A stretch of DNA of 64,000 bases from Chrysomallon squamiferum (Eukaryota > Animalia > Mollusca): positions 17,236,001-17,300,000 of the forward strand of contig CM022665.1 in the NCBI GenBank assembly GCA_012295275.1, read 5' to 3'. Every line of letters starts with the position of its first letter. Positions within the stretch are counted from its first letter, which is position 1. The notes beneath the pieces were generated by a model that worked only from the letters and a program-made list of their open reading frames with translations, was not told the origin of the DNA and made no database searches. This document shows, one piece after another, positions 12,918 through 25,932 of this stretch. Both the position numbers and the translations under genes were made by a program.

Positions 12918-14142
12918 TTAATAATATCTAAAACGAATATTTTGTAACGGCTTTTACTTAGCGTTTGATTTGTAATAAGACACTGAAGGAATTTTTCATG
13001 AAAATTTAAAAAAATAAATAAATAAAAATACTTAAAAAAAATAAATATATAAAAAATAAATATGTTTCTTCGAACCCTTAAATGTGAACCAATTAGCTGT
13101 ATTTAGTAATTATGCAACTTATACGCATTTAACCCCAAAATTCATTAAAGACTTTGTCGTTCCCTATGGCACCAGTTGTTCATAAACCGTTTTAGATTCC
13201 AGACCTGTTTGTTTGGTTCACAAAGTGAAAACTTACAAGTGTTGTTCAGATTCCTCGCCTTATATAGCCCAGCCACTTAGCACTGCGCTATATACAGTGC
13301 TTCAGTTTACGTCACTAGTATGGGAAAAACCGTTAGAGATAATGAGTGGGGAAAAAAAGAGGTGCCGAGTAGAAATAAACAGGATGAGATGTACTGCACC
13401 ACTGATACATTTTCAGAGGTGAATAACGCGAGATGCAAGATCTGCAAAACTATGAAGATGTATAATATCTGCCGGGGATTAAAAAAAAATGTGGTGCAGA
13501 AGATTTTTAAAATATAAAAAACAAAAATATGATTTATGTGTATAATCTGTGCATTGTTGTAGGCGCGTTCTTGTGGTTCGTGGTGATAATGATGATGATG
13601 ATATAGACGTGATGGTGATGATGGTGGTTGTGACGGTGAAGCCGCGGCTGTTGTTGTTGTTTTTTGTTGCTGTAGTTGGTGCTATTATTCCTACTGCAGT
13701 TGCAGTTGCTGCTGTTGGTATTATCCCTGCCGTTGTCATCATTATTTTTTTTTTAAATTAATTTCTGTAATTAGCTCTGAAGTAAACATTAGCAAAAGTC
13801 TGTCAAAGGTAACTAACTGGACCTCGCTATAAAGACCCTGGGTTATAAATAACTGACTTTGAAATCGGCATGAGCTGAAAAGTGTCAAAATGCGATATGC
13901 AGCGCGTAAATGGTTTACACTCACGCAGAGCAAGATAAATAAATGAAGAAACCGCGATGACTTGAATTATATAAATAAATTATAATCAAAAAGCTGGAGA
14001 CAAAAGTGTTAGGTCATTTACTATTTTATTTTTTTCATTATATGTATATACATACATACATACACATATATATATATATACTTACATACATACATACATA
14101 CATACATACGTACATACATACATACATACATACATACATACA

Positions 14143-14176
<34 letters not shown>

Positions 14177-15277
14177 CATACATATATATAACAGTTCAGA
14201 TAAAGTACACTGGTTAGTTTTCAACCCTCGACTATTGGATAACAAATTATTAAAATTATTTATTCTATTTCTGTCGTCTGCTGTTGGATTTTAAACACGC
14301 TGATTAATTTTCTCACAGACGGTATAGAATATCTATCCGGTAATTGTAACATCAAAGTAGCTCGAAGGGTGCGAATAACTAGTTTAGAAAACAACCGATG
14401 AAATTTTTTGTTTTTTTATTGTTGAAACAGATAACGAAAAACAATAAGGAACGTTTGTCTTTCCATTGTAAAAACCGTTTTGAATACTTAAGCGTTTATT
14501 TAATTCAATTTCATTTTTCCTTAAAAACTTGATTCTTGAAAAACATCTGACATAACTCATAAACTGGAAATCACATATAAAACAATATTATAAATATATA
14601 ATTGTAATAATCAGGATGTATGAGGATGTGTTTGGGTGAATATGAATTAATGTCGTATGTACATCTAATTAGAAATAGGACATGTGTATATTCGGAAGCA
14701 ATAGATAATATTCGGGAAAACACATTTAATCGTTACCTCACAGATGCCAAATCCAGCTGACGAAAATCATCGTAAAAGAAAAACTAAAGCAATGACTATA
14801 TAAGAATAATCATTCACTCTAACCACTAAGCCAAAAGCTGCTTCCTGTAAATAGGAAAGATAGGACAGACCATGTTTTTACATTGTTTTTACATTGTTTT
14901 TACATTGTTTCAACACGAATAACACTCTCGAGGGTAAGCAAAATTTATTCCCAAGCCGACTGCGAAGATTCGGTTACCCAACACGAAACCAATAGTTTGC
15001 ATTAACATTCAACACAACCAACACTGGCAACCTTTAAATAATCTCTAATCTGTTTTTTTGTTTGTTCAACACATCACGAAGATATCGACTTCAGGCAGTT
15101 CTTTCTCCCCGGTGCCGGTTTAATAGCCACGTTGTACAGACAGCTAACGTGTAAAACAGGAAACTGAGATGCCTAACAAGTAGTTTTGCAAGTAACGTAG
15201 GAAACGGATGTTTTTTTGCAAGAACATGACGTATAACTAAAGAACGTTTTTGCATAAGTAACTGGAACGCTGAACAA

Positions 15278-15310
<33 letters not shown>

Positions 15311-17266
15311 GAGAGAGAGATGAAATTCAGATACTGTAAAAAAAAATTATTATATAAACTCAATAACTATATTCTGACTTGAAATAACAAACGTAGACGT
15401 GATTATTTCGTAATAGTTTTAAATTTATAATTGATGCCTGCGATTTTCGATTAACTGACTATACAACAGACAGAAATAGTTTGAGACTTCTCATGTAATT
15501 AAGCTATATCAACACAAACTCTTGTTGTAGCAGCACATTCAGTTAAGTCAGAACGTGAATGGATAAACAGTAATTAAAACAGAGGCTTGATTTTCAAATA
15601 TAGAGACCAGAACGTAAAAAGAATGTTCTTTTGTTGTTGTTGTTTTCATAGCTTAAATTATCGAAAAAAGGCTTTTGTGCACGCTGACGTGGTTTGGGGG
15701 AGGGAGGGTATTTATATATAGGCTACTCGTACTAAGAACAATACTACTTCAGTGGATACAAAATTTCGTAAAAATATCATTTTCATAACGTTTCGTTAAC
15801 ATAAACTCTCAGTAAACTCTCGATAAACATGTCAGCCGTAGCAGTCTATCAAGTTAGCTGTTCCTCTAAGTTTTATTCTGATGACATATAAAGACTTTTT
15901 GTTGAAGGCAATCTGTAGGCGGCTTAGCTTGGTGTCTTTGTACAACGATCCATTGTTATTTGCATGCAAACAAAATAAATAATCATTTCTTTACGATATA
16001 CGTAAGTTAAAATGCAGACCTCTGCTACCCGTATCACTAATACGAAAATATTCCTTTAAAGAAACTTTTAAAATTAATTTTGTAGTTGCATAAAGAAAAT
16101 GTAGTATTGATTTTAAAAAATAATTTAAAAAAATATATAAAAGCAGAACTACGAGGGTTACTCTTACGTGATGAAAATATGAAATAATCTATACAGATCG
16201 GTTTATCCAAATGTACGCTGTGACAACTGTTGATCGAAAAGAAAAGAAAAAGGACACCATCGCTGATTGTTCCTGCGAGTCAGTGATCTTTACTCAGAAA
16301 GTTTGAGATGATCCAGTAAATTAAAACCAGGTTTGTACAGTTATAATTTTTATTACATCAATCTTTTCGGTCCAGGCAGATGTTGTTTGTTTCGTTGTTG
16401 TATTTTTTTTATTTATTTTTTATTTTTTTTTTCAAAAATAATCAATTTGCTTACTGTATTAAATGATTTTCAACTGTAATCACAGTTGAAAATAAAAATA
16501 AATTTTAAAATTCTCTTTCCTAAAGCTATTTAAAAACAAATTTTCAAAAATTATAATAACAATAATAATATCAGTAGTAATAAGGTGATGAAGAAGAAAA
16601 GCAAGAAGAAGAAGACAAATATCTTCAATTCAAATTTTTTCTTAGCGAAATCCTTTTAGGAAAAAAAAACACCTCAGTATTAAAAATTAAATAAGTTGCT
16701 AGTATTTTTAACAAGAGAATACTTAGTTAACTTTTACCAATAAATATCTAGTTAGTGAACCGATTACATTCACATTTAGCACGTAATGGTTACCTTTAAC
16801 TGTGTTTCCCTGGCATACCCATGTTTCAAAGCTCGATAGTCGCCATATTTCGCCATCTTTGAATCCCCGGAACCTCCAAATCTTGCCATTCCCTTACAAA
16901 CTAAAGTGTCCATCCAGATATCAAGTAAACTCTTTAAAATCCGCCCCGCTATCAGCACGGCAAGATATCACCATGGCGACACTATCTGATTTTATATCAA
17001 GTGACACATTCTCTACATTTTACTGCTTCGTGTTGTGTATATTTTATTTTAACTCCGAGTCTTCTGTTTTATTTATTTAAACAAAAACACCATGATCATA
17101 TATACAAACAAGTTAACAAAAAATATATTTAAGTTTTGTGATGTTTTCTTTTTAGATGATCTTATAGTGTTGTTATTATTTGTTCCAATTCGTCTATGTG
17201 TTTCTGTTTTATTTATTTATTTAATTTAATTTAATTTAATTTAATTTAATTTAATTTAATTTAATT

Positions 17267-17349
<83 letters not shown>

Positions 17350-19627
17350 TTCATTATTAATGACAGGTGCATTTTAATGGGGAAAAAACTGCTGGTTTAT
17401 CCTAAAGAAAACTCTTTAATATTTCAGCAGTCTGAGATATTAAAAGAGAGAATTATCTTCACAGATAAAAATGATTTTCTCACATGATATCTTCTGAACT
17501 TTGCCGCCAAGAACTGTCTTCTTCAGTCCAACCCTCGACTACTAGTAACCGCGCCAGTCCAGTTATTACTGTATTAAATGACTTTCAACTGTAATCCAGA
17601 TTAAGCTGTCCAGACCAGATTAAGCATTATTGTCTACTCTAGTCTACTGGATAAGAACAAGAAAACAGCACATAGAGAATCCAAACATAATATAATTATT
17701 AGAAACACTCGTTATTCTTACTGCTATGAGAGAAAATAAATAAATAAATAAATAAAATCGTATTCTCTCATCGCAGTATGAAAATAGGTTTTGAAGATAA
17801 ATGGATGGACTATCAGAAGCTAAATAAAGCTTTCAGAATTTTGACTTTTCCTGTTTGTTTTCTGTGAAGTCGGCGATCCAGACATTAAGATTCGAGTTTT
17901 TATCTCGGAGAAAATTTGTTTGAATTTACTGTTTCGTCATCAGTCTTCTTGAGAAGGGGAAAGTACTGCTGCGAATTAGACAAAGAACCGGCCTGAGAGG
18001 TAATTAGATCAATTCTGGCTATCATACTGATTATTAGGAAACAGGAGAGTTTGTGGTGTGTTATCCGCCTGTAAAAACTGATGGAAATATATTTAGCGAA
18101 TACAAAATATCTGTTTTCCAGTAATTTGTGCTAGTTAATTTACAAATATAGTAATGACGTTAAATAAACATACTTCTTTAAAAAATATATATTTTAAAAA
18201 AATCGTGTTTGTGCTATTCTGAGAGTGTCAATGCTGTTGCTTCTAACATGTACGACTATTAGACTGGTTGGGAAAAACAGAATACCATTTAATAATCTAA
18301 TAACCTTTGCTCAAATTTTCAGAGGATTTAAAATAATTATCTCTCATTTTCTGTCAGGAGAGAAGTGTGTTTATTGCAAACTCCAGCAAAGATCTGTCTA
18401 ATTACATCCAGACCTTGTCCAGTTAAACCTTTCCATTTCTGTTTTGTCATGTCGAGCTTACAACTCAAACCTAACCCATTTCATGTACTCTGATTTAAAC
18501 TATTTTGAATTATTTTATTTTAAAAAAACCCGTCTCTCTAGTTTAGTTTATTTTTACTGCAGAACTTTTCTAAACATAGAAAAGCCGAGTTTAAAGTACA
18601 AACTGTACTCTACGAGTAGCGGCTAAAAATAGCAACATCGGCGTCTGTTTCTCAAATTATTTCCCGCATTATGTTTTTTTTAAAACATAGACTGAGTGAA
18701 AAATAAAACCGACTGGTGCTCTAAAGCAATAAAGAAAACCGTTTACTGCATAGCAGACTCGTCAAACTTGTCTGTATAAATTATTAACTTTTCACCATTG
18801 CCAAAACTATGGTAGCACAGTCTATCACAATTTCATGTTAGCAAGGAAGGAAGTTATGTAGCGCTGCAGACAAGTAAATCAGTTCTGTCCGAAGATTTCA
18901 TCAGCGCCAAAACTACGGTAGTTCATTCTGTCATCAATTTAATTTTAGCGAGAACAGAATTTATTCTGACCCGCAAACAGATAAATCAGTTCTGTCCATA
19001 GATTCCATCAATGCCAAAACTACGCTAGCTCAGTTTGTCATATTTTTGCATAATAACTGATAACAAAGAATGGAAAGCATATAGCGATTTAGACATACCT
19101 CACTAGGACCCTAATTTCTGCAGTAGCTGCAGGTTCTGGTGATGACATTCTGTAGCGTGAAAATTCAGAGAAAATAAGTTTACGACTTCAAATAATACTA
19201 ACGGCCTTGAGTGAATGAATTTATGGTTAACAATACCTCAACGGTTACTGGGTGTCAGGAAAGAGTATTTGCCTAGTGATGAAATCGGAGTTATCGTTAT
19301 TTCAGTTGCCAACATTATCCATTACAAGCGAGGTATATTTATAAGTACTTTCCAGACAAAGGAAAAGAAGGATAGCGGTCACTGACACGTACACCAGTTA
19401 TATGGAATATTAGAATATAGGGTACAAAACATGGACTGATCTACGATTCTACGAAAGCATAAAATGCACATCTGGTTCAAAATCAAAAACTGTGACAATG
19501 TTAAGATAATGGCGATGATGATGATAGAACGATTATTAATATTATTCATTAAAAAAGGAAAAATAAATGAACAAATAAATTAAAGAATGATTTAATAAAG
19601 TTTTTAAAAAAATCATAGCAGTTCAAT

Positions 19628-19689
<62 letters not shown>

Positions 19690-20506
19690 CAACAACATAA
19701 GCATGTTATTGCGATATGATTTTCCAAACATTTTTGTTTTGATAATTTCGGAAATTTTCAAAACACCATTAAATACAAAACAAAAAAATAACAAAAAGAA
19801 AAAAAAAGAAAGAACAAAAGAATGGAACTAAAATGAAACAGGCCAGAATTAAATTTATCTAAAAAAAAACCCAAAAAAAAAAAAAAAACTTGCACCTGCA
19901 ATATTTTAGGAATGCCGCTGCCCATTTAACAATTGCCATTTCTCCTAATTCAAACAGACAGGATAGAGAGATGAACCAATTTGCATTTTTTCACTTATCT
20001 ATAGCTGTCATTACTGCTGACGTACTAATTCAGGGAGAGTCGAAAGTTTCTCTTGTCGAAATTTTGCTGCAGTTTGGCAGACGATTTCTGCATTCATCAG
20101 CAGAGAAGAATCCAGTGACGTCTTAAAGACCTTGAACAATTTTTTTAACGACTTGGAACGAGACCAAGTGATCTTTCAAAAATGTTTTCAAAATCAGCGT
20201 GGCGCTCTTTGGTACTTTGTTAAGAGAGTTTTAATTGGGGATAAGTTGATAGGTTTCTTTTTCGGAAAAGAACTAATTAGGAATCGTTGTAAAAGACGAG
20301 TTGTTTTTTTCTGCTTTGATCCTGAAGCATCATAATCGTTAAAATAATTGAATTTATTTATTTTCATGTGCACATGTTTTGCTTCAGAAGGTTTTTTTTT
20401 TTGTTGTTTAAATTTCTTTTTATTATTATTATTATTATTATTTCGATGTTGTTTCCTGTTGTGATAGATGTTTTAATTATCTCTCTCTCTCTCTATATAT
20501 ATATAT

Positions 20507-20584
<78 letters not shown>

Positions 20585-21995
20585 TTATTTGTCTTGGGAG
20601 AAGGGTGTTGCTACTCAAACTGTGGATAAATTAAAGATGATGATGATAAATTTTATTATTATTATTATTATTATTATCGTCATCATTATTTTGTTCATTT
20701 CTTGTTAATTTATAGTTAATTATTACTATTATTGTTTACACAGTAAATTATCTGAAACAGTGATGGATGCCAGATTAAAACGAGCGTTAATAAAAGAATA
20801 AAGTTTTAAAATCTCTCGTCTGGTAGCCGTACAGTGAGATAAGAAAAACATCTGCTCGTTCTGTTTCGTTAACAAATCGTTTTATCCGAAACACAGCCAA
20901 ATTTCTCCAACAAAATACTTCTTGGCATTCTTTTTAAGCAAAGCGCGAAATTTCAGTGACATTGCAGAAATGTTTAACTGCACGTTCTTCGAGCTTTCGG
21001 AAATGTTCGGCATGCAGCGATGAAAAATCGTTTGTACTCGGATCTTTCGTGAACTATGGGAACATGAACCTTATAATTATATCGTACAGCTTTTCCGGTG
21101 ATCGTCGGAAAGCTTACCTGGTGAAATTTCATCGGTGGATTTAGAATTTTTCATCATGTATAGCATTAGCAGAAATTTTACATATGTCTGCTTTGTAAAT
21201 TAAAGCTGCTGGATATAACTGAAATAGTTTATTAGAATTTTCAGAAATTATTAGGACACTGAGAGTCTGGACTTTAAGATTCAGGATATAATATTCGCGG
21301 AAGGACTGGCGCCAAGATTTCTAATTAAATTATGAACACTAAAGTAACAATTAAAAAGAACTAGATATTGAATTCTGATAGTTTTTATATTGAAAATATA
21401 ATTTTAAAACCTAACATTTATTTATTTATTTATTTATTTATTCTAAATTAAGTAACACACACACACACACACACACATTATTATTATTTATGTTATTGTT
21501 CTGTAGTTGTTATTAGGCATGCATTAATGTTGTTATTTATTAGTATTTTATTTCTTATATATAATATTTTATTTCGATCCTTCAGTAGTTAATATTTATT
21601 TTCAGAAAATTTAGACACAAACTAAGTGATTTTTTTTCTTTAATGATTGCAACCACGCGTAGCTTACGCTGACTTAATTTCGTCCTGCTGTTAATTTTTG
21701 AAGTAACGCTACAGAGTTATCGTTCCTAACAAGCCGCGTGGTAACGTTCATCGTTTACGTAACTTAACGCCTGCAACGTGTGAAAACGTTACCTCACTCC
21801 GTCCAGGTAAGTCTGTGCGAGTCAGTAATGATCAGTGTTTAAAGAAGCTCAACGGAATGTTAATAAATGAATCAAGTACCTGTCAGTAGCGTTTACATCA
21901 CGTTAATGACTGGATACGAACGCAGATGTGTACATACATAGATAGATACACGACCGTAGATACATTTTCATACCCTATAATTCATGCAGATGCAA

Positions 21996-22080
<85 letters not shown>

Positions 22081-24041
22081 GCAGCACCTAAAGTCCAAAA
22101 CAATCCGGCACTGCACACATATACATACATAGTCAAGACAAGAGATGAAAATATTCAGATAAAAGTAAAATGCATACATGTATACCTGCCTGCCTACCTA
22201 CCACATACATATATATATACCGAAAAACATACGTACATAAATATGCCAACACATACAAAAAAAAAAAAAAAAAAACGTACATCGAAACACACAGATCTGA
22301 CACATACACACCTACATGCTCACACGCACGCACACGCACATATATACACACATATGTGCATACAAAACATGCATGCATATATATAATTATACACACACAC
22401 ACATACATAGTCGTGCAAACATACGTGAATACATACATAATTACATACATGGATGCAGACATGCACACATACTGAGTTAAGAAAGTTTTAATGGATGAAT
22501 TTAAAATATATGACCAATAATAATAATAATAATAATAAACCTCCCACGACATACTTCTTCTTTACTGTAATCATCTAGTATTTTATTTACCACAAGTTTT
22601 TTTTTTATTTCTAAGCTAATCGTTTCCAAGGCAACAGCTGTTTTATACTTACTTACATACGGCCAGGGTCGAGAAAAGTTTGAGTCTGTAGTTTATATCT
22701 ACAGTACAAACGTATCGAGTTTAAATAACAACCGAGCTTTGATTAAAAACAGAACAGTTTTTTCAAACACGCCCGGTTCGTTGTTATAAAGGTAAATCCA
22801 ACTAAGGTATATTACACAGATAACAATGATGATTACGATGAGTACCACGTATTCATGTAGGCTAGTACTACTACAGTGTCTTTCTTCATTTATTCCCTAA
22901 TTTTTTCTTAATATTTTTACGTTGTTGGTGCGTCAATAAGTCAGTTAGTTCGGATAGCGTCTGAGAAGGGTGTTGGAAATTTGTTGATTGTTTTAATACG
23001 GAGAAACAGTTTGTAGATTAAGTTTCTAACAACACGAATACGTGGAATAACTGAATGCTTAACTACGTATAAACAAATTTTAATAACTGATCCTGAGAAT
23101 GTTGAGAAATAACACGATTAAAGCATCGGGTAGAATTCATCTTACGAATAATTCCCCCCTTGGCAGCCATATAATCACAGAAAAGAAGCTCGTACTCAGA
23201 TTCTGTCCAACACCGATCTTTAGTTGTTGGACTGTTTGTTTATTTGTTGTTGCTGGTTTTTTTCTGTTGGGGGGTTGGTTTTTTTTTTTTTTTTTTTTGG
23301 TTTGTTTTTACTTTTTTATTTGTTGTTGTTTTTTTTTTTTTATTATTATTATGTTATATTATTATTATTGTAATGTATTGTATCTTTTAATTTCATTTCT
23401 ATTCTTGGTCAGTGTAAAAACGACATTGCTGTACACTTATTTTAAACAGTCCATTAATACCTAGAGAGCTACTTTCACGGGAGGTAAGTTTAACCGAGTC
23501 CTTAAAAATTCAGGTCATAAGTTCATGGCATCCGAATTAGAAACAACGATCACTGACTCATAAACAAACATTTACTGACAATCTGATTATCCACACATTT
23601 TTTTAATTTTGTTCCGCTGATGCGGTATTAGCCAAAGATGTAAGATAAATATTTAAAGAATAATATTAATGTGTACATATTAGCAAGTTGAGAAGGAAAC
23701 TGGATTATGAGTACTAAGTTTGCACATGGCACCAAATTGTAACGTATACAACGTTAATACAGTTTTATTAACCTGTTATACATACGAACCATAAATAAAG
23801 TGGGTATATTTCAGCGAAAATATTTTAAAATTATTTTTCCAAGGAATGAATTCACATATATGCCGATAATAGTAATTAAATATTATTAACCAGATATCAG
23901 AATAAAATTAAATTTCAATTAATGCTGCTACTACTACTAATACATAGAAACATCATCATTCCTACCATAATTATATTTATCATCATCATCGTCGTTGTCG
24001 TCATCATCATCATTTTTATTATTATTATTATTATATTATTA

Positions 24042-24101
<60 letters not shown>

Positions 24102-25477
24102 CACTATTGTCGTCATCGTGGATGTCACTATCATCATCATTAACTATCAATAAACTATTAATTACAGACAAATATTTTAAACAGTTTATCAGAAATGCAT
24201 CAACGGGCCACCAAGTCGAGACACCATAATTAAATAAAAGTCGAGATAGTCTCATTACAAATACGACAACCGTTTAATTAGTTTGCCTTTCTGGCAGCTG
24301 GTATTCTGCAACTTAAGCCTGACCGGTGCGCATACACAAGAAGGTGGATTTCAAATTCCACTGACAAACCGAACCGCTCGACTGCTGTTGCTACGCCGTG
24401 GTACCGAAGTGAGTCTATTTTAAGGATAATGTTTTTAAAAGTTTCGCTATTCATTTACTTCTGGTTTTATCAGCGCTGACCTGTGCTGTTTATCTCTGCA
24501 GGCGGCGAACATTCACGCCCGTAAACACGTCGGAATGACGATCTGAAGATTTAAACAGCTGTCGATGCAGAGTTTTCTACTTACTGTCTAAAATCACAGG
24601 AAATCTTCGAAAAAAAAGAATGTGATTTTTGATCGCAGATGTGTTTTTGAACATACATAAATATGCATGCATGCATGCATACATACATACATAAATGCAT
24701 GCATCCATGCATCCATGCATCCATACATCCATCCATCCATCCATCCATCCATCCATCCATCCATACATACATACATACATACATACAAATGTATATTAAT
24801 GGTTATTAAATAAAAATATCATAACATAACCTTTTTATATATTACTTTCTCCATTTAAGCGAAGGGGTCTTTCATATACATATGTCTTAGACAAGAATAA
24901 AACAGTACGTCCCATGACTTTTGAAAGCTGAAAAAAAATGTTACCACTGCTTTTTCCCAGTTTTGCAGCTTGTGATATTATAATATTATCATGTCCTATT
25001 TTGTTTTTCGGTTTCAATACTTTTTTATATTATAAATGTCTAAATCACAAAATTGACCTAGCGCCGAGAAGAATCGATCCTGCAGTCCTCACTTTATAGA
25101 GATCATGCTTATTCGTTTAATTCACTACACAGCTGTACGTTTGTTATAAAATATATTTAGGAGAACACCATGTAGGTTGTATATTATCATTATTATTATA
25201 TTTATTGCTCGGTGTCGTCGTTGTTTCTATTTTTCTCTTCAATCCTTTTTTATTATTATTATTATTATTATTTTTTTTTTTTTTTTTTTACGTTTTAATA
25301 CGGTCCTATTTCCGATCAGCAGTTAGTCTTAATAAGGTCAAGGTGAAAAGAGATTTCTATCGTTTATTTTACAACGTATTTGAGTAACTGAACGTTTTAC
25401 AAATTATATCTTACAAACATCCTGGATTACTTTTTTTTATTATTTTTCAAATAATAATAATAATAATAATAATAATA

Positions 25478-25510
<33 letters not shown>

Positions 25511-25629
25511 GTTGTTGTTTTATAGCAATGACTTCATAAACTGTAAGTCTTTGGCTTCTCGGAAAATATTCGACATACACTACAGCTGCAGACTTGTTAG
25601 ATTTGATGGATCAGTTCATCAGTTTATTA

Positions 25630-25686
<57 letters not shown>

Positions 25687-25893
25687 TGGTGTGTATGACA
25701 ATCTGGTCCACATTCATAAATATGCAGGCAAAAATGCAAATATAATAGTAGTAGTAGTAGTTGTAGTAGCAGCAGCAGTAGAACTAATAATTTTTATTTC
25801 TCTTTAAGCTGACTTGCAGACGTCGACCAGAAAACTTATTTTTCTTTTACTTCAAGTGAAGCTGAACTTGCACAGTCTGTACAATAACAGCCA

Positions 25894-25932
<39 letters not shown>

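Noticed and set aside
13320-13517. ORF containing ARCKICK, suggestive of a BED zinc finger
   Set aside because: Lacks the downstream His ligands and any transposase context.
18621-18633. Perfect MEF2 site CTAAAAATAG and a CArG-like CCTTATATAG (13258-13267) in calponin intron 1
   Set aside because: Plausible for a muscle gene, but expected by chance at this AT content; no conservation data available.
21795-21815. ACTTACCTGG on the minus strand, resembling the U1 snRNA 5' end
   Set aside because: It is simply the complement of a splice donor; the rest of U1 is absent.
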